A DNA stretch of 64,000 bases from contig CAWFFN010000008.1 of assembly GCA_963815115.1 (NCBI GenBank), forward strand, positions 576,001 to 640,000. Direction: 5' to 3'. This document shows positions 43,859-53,696 of the stretch, in pieces (within the stretch, counting starts at the first letter, position 1; the number at the start of each line of letters is the position of its first letter). The DNA comes from an uncultured delta proteobacterium (GTDB lineage Bacteria; Desulfobacterota; Binatia; DP-6). The translations under genes were made by a program, and so were the position numbers. The notes under the pieces are model-generated. The model did no database searches and was not told where the DNA came from. It was given only the letters and a program-made list of their open reading frames with translations.

Positions 43859-45246
43859 AGCTCGGCCGGATAGCAATTCTCTTCCTGCTGGTGGCGGCTC
43901 TCGGCGCCTACCTCTACTGGGTGGAGGTTCCGAAGTCCCGCGAGGAGTCCACCAAGGCCAAACTGGTCGACACGACCGCCGACGCCATCACGAGCGTCGA
44001 CCTGGTGTTCCCGGACCGCGAGATCGCGCTCGCCAAGCACGACGGCGCCTGGCGTCTCACCAAGCCGCTGGAAGCACCCGCCGACGAGGGAGCGGTGAAG
44101 GCGCTGATCGGGGCGATCACCGGCGCCGAGGTGCAGAAGACGCTGGACGAGGCCCCGAGCGATCTCGCCAGCTTCGGGCTCGACGCCCCCGATCCCACGG
44201 TGCGACTGGCGACGGCCTCCGGCGACCTGCCGCCGATCGCCGTCGGCAAGAACGCCGCCATCGGCGGCAAGGCGTACGTGCGGGTCGGCGAGGGCAAGAT
44301 CGTCCTGACCCCCGCGACGCTCAGGGTCGCGCTCAACAAGCAGCCGAAGGACCTGCGCGACAAGCAGCTGCTCACCTTCAAGGACGATGACGTCACCCGG
44401 GTCGACGTCAAGCCGGCGGACGGCAAGCCGGTGAGCATCGTCAAGAAGGACAAGGACGCCTGGACCATCGAGCCCGGCGACCAGGTGGCCGATTTGACGG
44501 AGGTGCGCTCGTACCTCTCGGCGCTGCGCTCGACGCGCGCGGTGGACTTTCCTGAGACCGATCTCGCCGCCGCCGGTCTCGACAAGCCGCGGCTCACGGT
44601 GACGGTGGCCTTCGACAAGGGCGCGACGCCCCAGACGCTGCTCGTCGGCAACGACACCACGCAGGGCACCCAGAAGCAGGTCTTCGCGAAGCGCGGCGAT
44701 CAGCCCACGATCGTCACGCTCGGCGACTGGTCGTTCCGCACCCTCGGCAAGGACGCCTGGCAGTTCCGTGACAAGACGGTGCTCGGCTTCAGCGCCGACC
44801 GCGTCGGTCGCATCGTGGTCGAGCGCAAGGAGGGCACCGGCGCCACGCTCGTGCACGGCGAGCCGGGAGGGTGGAAGGTCGACGGCCAGGAGCAATCGAA
44901 GGCCGGCGCCCTCCAGCGCTTCGTCGACGACCTCCGCGACCTGCGCGGTTCGGGCATCGCGGCCGAGCCGCCGAAGGACCTGAAGACCTTCGGCCTCGAG
45001 GCCCCCGATCTCCGGGTGACGCTGAGCGATCGCGACGGCAAGCCGCTCGGCGTGGTTCTGCTCGCCAAGCACGGCGGCAAGTACTACGGCATGCGCGAGG
45101 GCGGTCCGACGGTGTTCGAGATCCGCGACTACATGTACACCCGCCTCGACAAGCAGCAGCGGGACTTCGTCGGACCGGAAGAGCCGCCGGCGACGGCGCC
45201 GGTGCCGGGCGGGCAGCCAGAGCCTGACGAGGACGAGCCGGAGTGA
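43855..45246 (+). CDS. DUF4340 domain protein
   Basis: N-terminal TM; three repeats ending FGLDAP/AGLDKP/FGLEAP; LRDK motif; follows gldG. Confidence 0.82.
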   Translation: MKLGRIAILFLLVAALGAYLYWVEVPKSREESTKAKLVDTTADAITSVDLVFPDREIALAKHDGAWRLTKPLEAPADEGAVKALIGAITGAEVQKTLDEAPSDLASFGLDAPDPTVRLATASGDLPPIAVGKNAAIGGKAYVRVGEGKIVLTPATLRVALNKQPKDLRDKQLLTFKDDDVTRVDVKPADGKPVSIVKKDKDAWTIEPGDQVADLTEVRSYLSALRSTRAVDFPETDLAAAGLDKPRLTVTVAFDKGATPQTLLVGNDTTQGTQKQVFAKRGDQPTIVTLGDWSFRTLGKDAWQFRDKTVLGFSADRVGRIVVERKEGTGATLVHGEPGGWKVDGQEQSKAGALQRFVDDLRDLRGSGIAAEPPKDLKTFGLEAPDLRVTLSDRDGKPLGVVLLAKHGGKYYGMREGGPTVFEIRDYMYTRLDKQQRDFVGPEEPPATAPVPGGQPEPDEDEPE

Positions 45247-45260
45247 GGGGCGCGGTTGCC

Positions 45261-45382
45261 GGGGCGGGTACTCTGCTCGCTCGCGGTCCTCGGTGCACGC
45301 GCGCGGCGTAGGTCGGGGCGTCCCCCCGTTGGCCGCAGGCGCGCGCGGCACCTGCGGGCTCGCTCGGCAGCGCACCCGCCCC
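45261..45382. repeat. Long imperfect intergenic hairpin between convergent genes
   Basis: GGGGCGGGTACTCTGC pairs with GCAGCGCACCCGCCCC; inner GTGC..GCGCGC arms and a CGGGG-CGTC-CCCCG apex. Confidence 0.55.
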
Positions 45383-45396
45383 GCCGACGCGGCTGC

Positions 45397-46461
45397 TCAG
45401 CCTCGTGCGAGATCGCGAAGGTGGGCGAGCAGAACGTCGATCTCCTCGTCGCTGCCGACGGTGATGCGAAGCGCGTCCCGTAGCCTCGGGGTGGGGAAGT
45501 GGCGGACTAGCACTCCGCGGTCGGCGAGGGTGGCGGCGAGCGGGGCCTGGTCGATGCCGGGGCGGCGAGCGAGGAGGAAGTTGGCCGATGATTCCGGGAC
45601 CTCGTAGCCGAGGTGCTCGAGCTCGGCGGTGAGGCGGGCGCGGGTCGCCCGGATGCGGGCGACGTTGGCGCGCATGTGCGGCAGATCGGCGAGCGCCGCC
45701 TCGGCGGCGAGCTGGGTCAGGCGGTTGACGTTGTACGAGTCCCTCACCGTGCGCACGCCGGCGAGCAGCTCGGGGTGCCCGAAGGCGAGGCCCGCGCGCA
45801 GGCCGGCGAGGGAGAACGCCTTGGACAGGGTGCGCAGCACGACGACGTTCGGCAGACGCCCCACCAGCGCCATGGCGTCGTCGTCGGCGAAGTCGACGTA
45901 GGCCTCGTCCACCACGAGCACCCCCGCCACCGCTCGGGCCAGCGCCTCCACGTCGCGCCGGGGCACCGCCGTCCCGGACGGCGAGTTCGGATTGCAGAGG
46001 AACGTCAGGCGCGCCGCTGCCGACGCGAGCGCCGGCGGAACGCCCCAGTCCTCCGCATAGTCGACGCAGACCACCTCGCCACCCTGCACCGCCACCAGGG
46101 TCTGGTAGAGGCTGTAGGTCGGCACGGCGAAGGCCACGCGGTCGCCGGGATCGACGGTGGCCCGGAGCAGCAGCGCGAGCAGCTCGTCGGATCCATTGCC
46201 GGCGAGGATGTGATCTGCCGGCACGCCGTAGACCGCCGACGCGCGCGCGCGCAGCGACTGCGCCTCGGGATCGGGGTAGAGGCGGATCGTTCCGTCGGCC
46301 GCGCTGCGCAGGACGTCGAGCACGGCCGGCGACGGCGGGTACGGGTTTTCGTTGGTGTTGAGCTTGATGACGCGGCGGCCAGCAGCAGGCTGCTCGCCGG
46401 GAACGTAGGCGGCCACACCGCGCACGGCGGGACGGAGCCATTCGGCAGGACGCAACGTCAC
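45397..46461 (-). CDS. hisC: Histidinol-phosphate aminotransferase
   Basis: KLNTNENPY, GNGSDE, CNPNSPSG, VDEAY, RTLSKAFSLAGLR. Confidence 0.93.
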   Translation of the reverse strand: MTLRPAEWLRPAVRGVAAYVPGEQPAAGRRVIKLNTNENPYPPSPAVLDVLRSAADGTIRLYPDPEAQSLRARASAVYGVPADHILAGNGSDELLALLLRATVDPGDRVAFAVPTYSLYQTLVAVQGGEVVCVDYAEDWGVPPALASAAARLTFLCNPNSPSGTAVPRRDVEALARAVAGVLVVDEAYVDFADDDAMALVGRLPNVVVLRTLSKAFSLAGLRAGLAFGHPELLAGVRTVRDSYNVNRLTQLAAEAALADLPHMRANVARIRATRARLTAELEHLGYEVPESSANFLLARRPGIDQAPLAATLADRGVLVRHFPTPRLRDALRITVGSDEEIDVLLAHLRDLARG

Positions 46462-46517
46462 GGCGGCGACGGTAGTGGCGCCTCCGGTGGTTTGCAAGGC
46501 ACGGGCCATCGCGTGCA

Positions 46518-48296
46518 TTGACAGCGCGGCGGCGCCTGACGCATTGGCTCTCGGTGCTGCGCGCCGCGACACGGCTCGTCGGGCCGTTGCTGCTCTACGG
46601 CGCGGTGGTGTGCTGGCTCACCTGGCCGCTGGCGGCGCGGCTCGGAACGCACCTGCCGGCGACCGCCATCGCCTGCAACTTCGACACCCTCTACACGGGG
46701 TGGGCGCTCGCCTGGCAGACCCATGCGATCGGCGCCGCCGGCACGGCGTTGCTGGGCGCCAACATCTACCACCCGGCTCCAAACGCGCTTCTCTACGGGC
46801 CGCCCGCCTTCGGGGCCGTGCCGTACTTCGGCGCCGTGTTCGTCCCGACCGGCAACCCGACCCTCGCGCTCAACGTGCTCTTCCTCGGCGCGGTCGCGGT
46901 CGCGGCCGCGCTGGTGCACGCGGTGGTACGGAGCTGGACCGGCACGGCCGCCGCGGGCTTCGTCGCGGGCAGCGCCTTTCTCGCCAGCCGCTGGCTCTTC
47001 TGGGACTTCGTTCCCACGGCGCCGCAGTTCGCGGTGGTGTTCTACATCCCGCTCATCGTGCAGATCGCGAGCGCGCCGCGCCTCACGTGGCGCGCGGCGC
47101 TCCTGCTCTTCCTGCTCGTCTTCCTCCAGGGGCTCAGCGAGATCGTCTACCTGGCCCCGGCCGTCATGCTGCCGCTGGGCGTGATCGCCGTCGCGCGGCT
47201 GGCCCGCCCTCGCACACGCCGCGATGGCCTCGCCTTGCTCGCCGTGGTCGGGAGCGCATCGCTCCTCCTGATCGGACTGCACTGGCCGTACTTCGCCCTC
47301 GTGCGCCGGACCCCCGATCTCTCGAGCCAGTCGTTCTGGCCCACCTTCGAGCCGCGCCCGCTGGAGCTGCCGTGGGATCTGCTGGGTACCTACTCGCCCA
47401 TCGCCGTCCCCGGCGTCGCCCTGCTTCTCATCGCCGCAGGCGGCATGAAGGTGATCGTGCGGCGCCTGCGCCGCGGACCGGACGCCACGGATCGTCTGTG
47501 GAAGCACGCCGCGCTCTGGGTGGTCGTCGGGACGGCCATGTCGCTGCGCGAGCGCGTCGCCTGGCGAGGCATGGTGGTCACGCTGCCCCACCTCGCCCTG
47601 GCGCGGTCGTGGTTTCCCGCCGTCTCCGTCATCCGCGAGCCCCGGCGCCTCGCGGTGGTCGCTCTCGTCGGACTGGCCTTCCTCGCCGGTCTGGCGCTCG
47701 CCGAGCTGCTTCCGTCCGGTACGAGGCGCCCTCGAATCCGCTTCGCGCACGGCGCCGTCGCGGTCGGACTGGCGGCGCTGATGTACCTGCAGTACGCGCG
47801 CGCCATCTGGGAGCCGGAGGGGTACGGACAGCCCCTGCCGGCCGCCTATCCGCTGCAGGAGGCGATCCGCGGAGACTCGGCGGTGCTGCGCGCATTGCGA
47901 GAGGCGGCAGGACCGACGATCGAGCTGCCGCTCTGGCCCCCGCAGCCGACGATCCCGCCCTATCACGCCGTGCCCATGTACCGATCGATCTTTCACTGGC
48001 AGCCGCTCCTGAACGGCTACTCCTCGTACTGGCCTCGGGAGTTTCCCGAGCTCATGACGCTCGCGGCACGGCTGCCTGATCCGCAGGCGGTGCAGGACCT
48101 CCGCCGCCGCACCGCATTGCGCTTCGTGCTCGTCCGGCTGACCGCGCGCCTGTGGAACGAGGAGCGACTCGAGCCGCTCCGTCAGCTGTGGCGGGACATC
48201 GCCGCGCGGCACGACCGCCCCGATCTCGAGCTGGTGGCAGCGGACGACGAGCTGATGCTCTTTCGCGTGACCGAGGGCCCGGTCACGTCCCCCTGA
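46518..48296 (+). CDS. Polytopic membrane protein, GT-C/YfhO-like
   Basis: LTWPLA..D...W.LAW, ANIYHP, many TMs, periplasmic tail IELP..SIFHWQPLLNGYSS. Confidence 0.65.
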   Translation: MTARRRLTHWLSVLRAATRLVGPLLLYGAVVCWLTWPLAARLGTHLPATAIACNFDTLYTGWALAWQTHAIGAAGTALLGANIYHPAPNALLYGPPAFGAVPYFGAVFVPTGNPTLALNVLFLGAVAVAAALVHAVVRSWTGTAAAGFVAGSAFLASRWLFWDFVPTAPQFAVVFYIPLIVQIASAPRLTWRAALLLFLLVFLQGLSEIVYLAPAVMLPLGVIAVARLARPRTRRDGLALLAVVGSASLLLIGLHWPYFALVRRTPDLSSQSFWPTFEPRPLELPWDLLGTYSPIAVPGVALLLIAAGGMKVIVRRLRRGPDATDRLWKHAALWVVVGTAMSLRERVAWRGMVVTLPHLALARSWFPAVSVIREPRRLAVVALVGLAFLAGLALAELLPSGTRRPRIRFAHGAVAVGLAALMYLQYARAIWEPEGYGQPLPAAYPLQEAIRGDSAVLRALREAAGPTIELPLWPPQPTIPPYHAVPMYRSIFHWQPLLNGYSSYWPREFPELMTLAARLPDPQAVQDLRRRTALRFVLVRLTARLWNEERLEPLRQLWRDIAARHDRPDLELVAADDELMLFRVTEGPVTSP

Positions 48297-48299
48297 CGT

Positions 48300-48689
48300 T
48301 CAGAGCAGGAAGTTGCCGGTTCCGGCAGCGACCGGGCGTGCCGGGTCGTCCTGCCAGGCGAGCACGCGAACGTTGGCGATGCGTCTCCCGTGCTTCACGA
48401 TCTCGGCGCGGCCGCGCGTGTCGCGCGGGCCGGCCGAGCGCAGGTAGTCGACGCTGAAGTTGATCGGCTTCGGCACGCGCTCGCTATCCGCGAGCTCGAT
48501 CGCCTGCACGAGCGCCGTCAGCTCGAGGAATGCGCCGACGACGCCGCCGTGCAGCGCCGGCAGCGCGACGTTCCCGACCAGATCGTCACGGAAGGGGAGC
48601 ACGCAGACGATGCCCTGGGCGTCGTCCTCGATGCGGACACCGAGAAACCCGGCGTAGGGAATCACCGCCAGCGCCTGCCGCCCCCTCAC
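48300..48689 (-). CDS. PaaI-family hotdog thioesterase
   Basis: IPYAGFLG, GN..LPALHGG, VDYLRS. Confidence 0.88.
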   Translation of the reverse strand: MRGRQALAVIPYAGFLGVRIEDDAQGIVCVLPFRDDLVGNVALPALHGGVVGAFLELTALVQAIELADSERVPKPINFSVDYLRSAGPRDTRGRAEIVKHGRRIANVRVLAWQDDPARPVAAGTGNFLL

Positions 48690-49189
48690 TTGGCCTCCTC
48701 CAGCCGCTTCCGTACGGCGCGCGCCACGGGGCTCACGCTCTGGTTGGCCCCGATCATGAACGTACCGAGGGCGCTCGCGAAGGGATCGTCTGGCCCGTGC
48801 TCCCAGGCGGTCGCGCGCACGAAGGCGACGTGGGTGGTGAGCTTGTAGCAGTGCGCCTGTCCGACCAGGTCGCGCCCGGGCTCCGCCGCGCGCAGGTAGT
48901 CGATGCGGAGATCGAGCGTGGCGATCGCCTTCAGCTCCGTGAGGCTGCAGAACACGGCGAGACCGGAGGCGTGGTCGATGAGTGTCGTGATCACTCCACC
49001 GAAGACGACCCGCCGGACCGGGTCGCCCACCAGCTCGTCACGGTAGGGCAGTCGCACCGTCGCGGTCTGCGGACCGACCTCCACCACCTCCATCCCGAGC
49101 CGACGGCAGTGCGGGATGTGATCGATCAGCTCGCGCCGGGCCGAGCCGAACAGCTCGGCGAGCGCGTACCGCCCCGGTGCATCCGACAC
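48686..49189 (-). CDS. PaaI-family hotdog thioesterase
   Basis: LVGDP..VVFGGVITTLID, IATLDLRIDYLR; start uncertain. Confidence 0.88.
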   Translation of the reverse strand: MSDAPGRYALAELFGSARRELIDHIPHCRRLGMEVVEVGPQTATVRLPYRDELVGDPVRRVVFGGVITTLIDHASGLAVFCSLTELKAIATLDLRIDYLRAAEPGRDLVGQAHCYKLTTHVAFVRATAWEHGPDDPFASALGTFMIGANQSVSPVARAVRKRLEEAK

Positions 49190-49278
49190 GCCGCATGCGA
49201 GTAACGCGAAGGTGGCCACACCGCAACCGGTCGATCCGAGGGTGCATCGGGCCGGGGCTCCTGCTAGACGGATCCACG

Positions 49279-50040
49279 ATGCCCAGCGAGGTCTGGAATC
49301 CGGATCAGTACGATCGCTTCCGGCGCGAGCGGCAGCAACCGTTCTTCGATCTGCTCGCACTGCTGCGTCCCGCGAAGGAGCCGCGCGTGGTCGACCTGGG
49401 CTGCGGCACCGGGGAGCTGACTCGCGAGCTCCATCACCGGCTCGGCGCCCGTGAGACCATCGGCGTGGACAGCTCGGCGGCCATGCTGGAACGCGCCGCC
49501 GCGCACGACGGCGGCGGCCTGCGATTCGAGCGCGGCGACATCGCCGACTTCTGCGCCGACGACGCCTTCGACCTGATCTTCTCGAACGCGGCGCTGCACT
49601 GGCTCCCCGATCACGAAGCGCTCATCGGTCGCCTCTCGCGCGCGCTCCGGCCGGGCGGCCAGCTCGCGGTGCAGGTGCCCGCGAACCACGACCACGCCTC
49701 GCACGTCACGGCGGCGGAGGTCGCGACGGAGATGGGCCTCTCGCCGCACATCCCGCAGGTGCTGCTGCCCGAGTCGTACGCCTCCATCCTGGGCCGTGCC
49801 GGCTACGCGGAGCAGCACGTTCGCCTGCAGGTCTACCTCCACCGCCTCGACTCCCGCGAGGCGGTCGTGGAATGGGTGAAGGGCACGCTCCTCACCGACT
49901 ATGCGCGCCGCCTGTCGGAGGACGCCTACGCCGACTTCCTCGCCCGCTACCGTGCGCGTCTGCTCCCCAAGCTCGAGGATGCCCGGCCCTACCTGTTCAC
50001 CTTCAAGCGCATTCACCTCTGGGCTCAGAGGTCACCATGA
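49279..50040 (+). CDS. tam: Trans-aconitate 2-methyltransferase-like SAM methyltransferase
   Basis: WNPDQY, VDLGCGTG, SNAALHW, LAVQVP, EWVKGT.L. Confidence 0.88.
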   Translation: MPSEVWNPDQYDRFRRERQQPFFDLLALLRPAKEPRVVDLGCGTGELTRELHHRLGARETIGVDSSAAMLERAAAHDGGGLRFERGDIADFCADDAFDLIFSNAALHWLPDHEALIGRLSRALRPGGQLAVQVPANHDHASHVTAAEVATEMGLSPHIPQVLLPESYASILGRAGYAEQHVRLQVYLHRLDSREAVVEWVKGTLLTDYARRLSEDAYADFLARYRARLLPKLEDARPYLFTFKRIHLWAQRSP

Positions 50041-50120
50041 GGAGGCCCGTCCACATTCTGCTCCAGACCACCATGCCAGCGGCGCGCCGCTCTGGGACGT
50101 CGCCATCGTCCGCAATCGGC

Positions 50121-50155
50121 TTGACGGGCCATGTTGACAAGGCTAGTCTAGCCAG
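50121..50155 (+). promoter_or_regulatory. Leaderless sigma70 promoter with palindromic operator for the TA operon
   Basis: TTGACG(50121)-17 nt-TAGTCT(50144)-6 nt-ATG; GGCTAG-T-CTAGCC palindrome at 50141-50153 covers the -10 box. Confidence 0.7.
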
Positions 50156-50434
50156 ATGAAGACGGCTCCGGTGACCGACCTGAAGAACCGGCTCAGTCAC
50201 TACCTGCGACTGGTCGCTCGGGGAGAGAGCGTGACCATCCTCGACCGGGGGCGTCCGGTCGCCCGCTTGAGCCGTGTCGAAGCGGCTGACGCCGAGCTGG
50301 ATGCACTGGTGGCATCGGGGCTGGCACGGCCCCCCGTCGCGGCGTTGCCGAAGGATTTCCTGGTCCGTCGGCTGCCACGGCCGAAGGTCTCCGTACGGCG
50401 TGCCCTGATCGAGGACCGCGAAGATCGCTTCTGA
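50156..50434 (+). CDS. Phd/YefM family antitoxin
   Basis: VTDLKNRLSHYLRLVARGESVTILDRGRPVARL. Confidence 0.92.
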   Translation: MKTAPVTDLKNRLSHYLRLVARGESVTILDRGRPVARLSRVEAADAELDALVASGLARPPVAALPKDFLVRRLPRPKVSVRRALIEDREDRF

Positions 50435-50437
50435 GCC

Positions 50438-50860
50438 GTGCAGTACTGGGACGCATCCGCCCTCGTCTCGTTGTGCGTCGACGAGGGTGACGTCGGCAGG
50501 TTGCGAAAGCTCGCTGGCGCTGGCCTCGTCACCTGGAGCGTGTCGGCCGTGGAAATCGCCTCGGCGATCGAACGCCGGACGCGTGAAGGGAAGCTGACGC
50601 ACGCCGAGCACACCGCGGCACACGCCGCGCTGAGTGACCTCGCCGCGGCCTGGACCGAGATCTCTGCGCTCGGCCCGGTACGCGATCGCGCGATGCGCCT
50701 CGTCGCCACGCACGCCCTGCGGGCGGCGGATGCGATGCAGCTCGGCGCTGCTCTGGTCGCCGTCGGTGATCGCCCCCGCGGGCATGCGTTCGTGTGCGCG
50801 GATCGGCGGCTGCGCGACGCCGCGCTCCGCGAAGGCTTCGACGTCCTCCCCGAAGGCTAG
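50438..50860 (+). CDS. vapC: VapC PIN-domain toxin
   Basis: YWDASAL, VEIASA, LRAADAMQL, CADRRL acidic PIN residues. Confidence 0.92.
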   Translation: MQYWDASALVSLCVDEGDVGRLRKLAGAGLVTWSVSAVEIASAIERRTREGKLTHAEHTAAHAALSDLAAAWTEISALGPVRDRAMRLVATHALRAADAMQLGAALVAVGDRPRGHAFVCADRRLRDAALREGFDVLPEG

Positions 50861-50909
50861 AGGGTCTCGAGCTCGGCCCGCCCGCTCCGCGGGCCAAAGC
50901 CCGAGCCCT

Positions 50910-51305
50910 TCAGGCGTCGTCCTCCGGTGTCTCCGACGGGAGACGCGGCAAGACGCGCAGGCTGGTCCATCGCCTGAGCTGCACCTTGCCGGGGGCGTAG
51001 CCGCGTGGCTTGCGCACGTCCGCCACGCGGCAGACGTGCACCTCGACCTTGCCGGCGCCGCGGCCCTTCGAGTGCCACGCCGCGAGCTCGGCGGCGCGCT
51101 GGAGGACCGGGCGCGGCAGCGACGCCAGCCCGTCGGGGTTGCGCACGATCACGTGGCTCCCGGAGTGTCCGGCGACGTGCAGCCACCAGTCTCGAGGATC
51201 GGCCACGCCGAACGTCAGCCGGTCGTTCTCGGCGTCGCCCTTGCCGACGAGCACCTCGAACCCCTCGACCTCGAGCCGCCGGTAGCCGCGGCCCTTGCTC
51301 GCCAC
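50910..51305 (-). CDS. Stand-alone NFACT-R (DUF814) RNA-binding protein
   Basis: VLVGKG..ENDRLTF, DWWLHV..SGSHV, AAELAAWHSK, VRKP.G..PG.V. Confidence 0.88.
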   Translation of the reverse strand: MASKGRGYRRLEVEGFEVLVGKGDAENDRLTFGVADPRDWWLHVAGHSGSHVIVRNPDGLASLPRPVLQRAAELAAWHSKGRGAGKVEVHVCRVADVRKPRGYAPGKVQLRRWTSLRVLPRLPSETPEDDA

Positions 51306-51309
51306 GGCC

Positions 51310-52725
51310 TCAGGGACCCGGAGCGAGGCCGCGGCGCCGCGGCTGCGCGCGCTCACGCTCGCGCGCGCGCACGAGGGGCTGCAGCTCCTCGAGCGCGGCG
51401 TCGACCTCCTCGCGTTGCGGGCTGCCCTCGGCGAGCAGCGGCTTGGCGCGATCGAAGAGGCTGTAGGCCTGCTCCAGGTCGCCGCGCAGCCTCGCGGCCA
51501 CCGCGAGCTGGTAGAACCCCTGCCCCTGATCGCCCTGCCGCCCGAGCGCCATCCCGAGCAGGCGGTGGGCCTCGTCGAGATTGCCGTCGAGGCGCGCGGC
51601 GCGCTGGTACTCGCCCAGCGCCTGGTCGGCCTTGCCCTCGTCCGCGAACGCCTTGCCCAGCTGCAGGTGCGCCCAGGCGTCGCTCGGATGCGCCGCCAGG
51701 TAGCGCTGCAGGATCGCCGCGCCCTGCTCGGGCTGCTTGAGCGCCACGTAGACGGCGCCCAGCGGGCGGTCGACCTGGTTACCGAATCCGAGGTCGCGGG
51801 CCCGCTCGAGCGCGGTCTTCGCGGCGTCGGGCTTGCCGATGGTCTGGTATACCCGGCCGAGCAGGAACTGGCGCTCGGCGTCGTCGGGCTTCTCCTCGGC
51901 GAGCTTGCGGTACTCTGCGACCACCACCTCGGGCGGCCCGTCGAGCGCGTTCGCCACCGCTCTCGCTTCCTGGAACGCGGGAGTCGCCCTGGGATGGCCG
52001 GCCGGCGTCTTCAGCCCGCGCGCCTTGATGATGCTCTCGGTGTGCGCCACCCGCTCCTCGGTGACCGGGTGCGACAGCATGTAGGCGGGCACGCCGGCGG
52101 GATTCACCCGCTGCTCGACCAGGAGCTGCTTGAAGAACGCGGGGAGCGCGTTGGGATCGTATCCCGCCTGCGAGGTCGTCGTGAGGCCGAGGTAGTCCGC
52201 TTCCTGCTCGAAGTCGCGCGAGTACTTGAGCTGCGCGGTCTGGGCCGCGGCGAGCGCGCCGGCGGCGAGCACCGGATTGATGGCGGCGAGGAACACGCCG
52301 AGCAGCGACGCGACGTTCCACGCCATCCCCTGCGTCTGCATGCGGACGACGTGGTGCGCGTGCGCGTGGCCGATCTCGTGGCCGAGGACGCCGGCGAGCT
52401 CGTCGTCGGTGCCGGCCCGCGCGAGCAGGCCGGTGAACACGAAGACGTACCCTCCCGGCACCGCGAAGGCGTTCAGGATGGGGCTCTCGACGACGTAGAA
52501 GTGATAGTCGAACGGCTGCGGGCCGAGCGCGCCGACCAGCCGGTTCCCCAGCGACTGCACGTACTCGTTGACGGCGGGATCTTCGGCCAGCGGCAGCTGC
52601 GAGCGCGCCTCGAGGAGGAAGTGCGCACCCATCTCGCGCTCGCCGCCCTCGCCGGTGGCGAGCACCCCCTCCGCGGCGAGCAGGACCGCGAGGAACGACG
52701 CCAGGAGCGGGCGGCGGCGTCTCAT
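51310..52725 (-). CDS. bepA: M48 metalloprotease with TPRs (BepA/YfgC-like)
   Basis: NAFAVPGG, HEIGH, YSRDFEQEAD, LSHP, C-terminal TPRs. Confidence 0.88.
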   Translation of the reverse strand: MRRRRPLLASFLAVLLAAEGVLATGEGGEREMGAHFLLEARSQLPLAEDPAVNEYVQSLGNRLVGALGPQPFDYHFYVVESPILNAFAVPGGYVFVFTGLLARAGTDDELAGVLGHEIGHAHAHHVVRMQTQGMAWNVASLLGVFLAAINPVLAAGALAAAQTAQLKYSRDFEQEADYLGLTTTSQAGYDPNALPAFFKQLLVEQRVNPAGVPAYMLSHPVTEERVAHTESIIKARGLKTPAGHPRATPAFQEARAVANALDGPPEVVVAEYRKLAEEKPDDAERQFLLGRVYQTIGKPDAAKTALERARDLGFGNQVDRPLGAVYVALKQPEQGAAILQRYLAAHPSDAWAHLQLGKAFADEGKADQALGEYQRAARLDGNLDEAHRLLGMALGRQGDQGQGFYQLAVAARLRGDLEQAYSLFDRAKPLLAEGSPQREEVDAALEELQPLVRARERERAQPRRRGLAPGP

Positions 52726-53696
52726 GGGCGCCGCCGCGCGACGTCACGCGCGAAGTACGTGATCACGATGTCCGCGCCGGCGCGCCGGATCGCGAGCAGG
52801 CTCTCGTCGACCACGCGCTCCTCGTCGATCCAACCGCGCGCGGCGGCCGCCTTGATCATCGAGTACTCTCCGCTGACGTGGTAGGCGGCGACGGGATGGC
52901 CGAAGCGCTCCTTCACCCGCCACACCAGGTCGAGGTAGGGAAGCGCGGGCTTGACCATCACGATGTCGGCCCCCTCCTCGATGTCGAGGGCCACCTCGCG
53001 CAGCGCCTCCTCCGCGTTGGCCGGGTCCATCTGGTAGCCGCGGCGATCGCCGAACTGCGGCGTCGACTCCGCCGCCTCGCGGAACGGCCCGTAGAGGGCC
53101 GACGCGAACTTGGCGGCGTACGACATGATCGGCACCTGCGTGAAGCTCGCCTCGTCGAGCACCCGCCGGACGGCACCGACCCGGCCATCCATCATGTCCG
53201 AGGGCGCGATCACGTCCGCGCCCGCCCTGGCATGAGCGAGCGCCTCCGCGGCCAGCACCGGAAGAGTCGCGTCGTTGTCGACCTCGCCATCGCGGATGAT
53301 GCCGCAGTGCCCGTGGTCGGTGTACTCGCACAGGCACACGTCGGTGATCAGCAGCAGCCCGGGCGCGGCGGCCCGGATGGCCTCGAGCGCGCGGGGGATG
53401 ATGCCCGAGGGATCGACTGCGCCGCTGCCGCGCGCGTCCTTGCGCTCGGGAATCCCGAAGAGCAGGACGGCGGGAACGCCGAGGTCGGCGAGCCGGCGGC
53501 CCTCCTCGGCGGCGCGGTCGGCAGAGAGCTGCGAGATGCCTGGCATGGCGTCGATGGGCTGCTCGACGCTTCTCCCCGGGACGACGAAGAGCGGCTGCAC
53601 GAGCTGCTCCAGGGTCACCCGCGTCTCGCGCACCAGGCGGCGGAGGGCGTCGCTGCGCCGCAGCCGCCGCGGACGGTAGGCGGGGTAGCGGCTCAT
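52722..53696 (-). CDS. hemB: Porphobilinogen synthase (Zn type)
   Basis: RPRRLR, DVCLCEYTDHGHCG, PSDMMDG, MVKPA. Confidence 0.97.
   Translation of the reverse strand: MSRYPAYRPRRLRRSDALRRLVRETRVTLEQLVQPLFVVPGRSVEQPIDAMPGISQLSADRAAEEGRRLADLGVPAVLLFGIPERKDARGSGAVDPSGIIPRALEAIRAAAPGLLLITDVCLCEYTDHGHCGIIRDGEVDNDATLPVLAAEALAHARAGADVIAPSDMMDGRVGAVRRVLDEASFTQVPIMSYAAKFASALYGPFREAAESTPQFGDRRGYQMDPANAEEALREVALDIEEGADIVMVKPALPYLDLVWRVKERFGHPVAAYHVSGEYSMIKAAAARGWIDEERVVDESLLAIRRAGADIVITYFARDVARRRP

Noticed and set aside
40761-45246. Gliding motility system
   Set aside because: GldAFG-like plus DUF4340 modules are widespread in non-gliding bacteria; no T9SS or other gld genes here.
50861-50910. Imperfect hairpin after vapC as a mobile-element end
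   Set aside because: No matching left end or target duplication seen; more simply a terminator between convergent genes.
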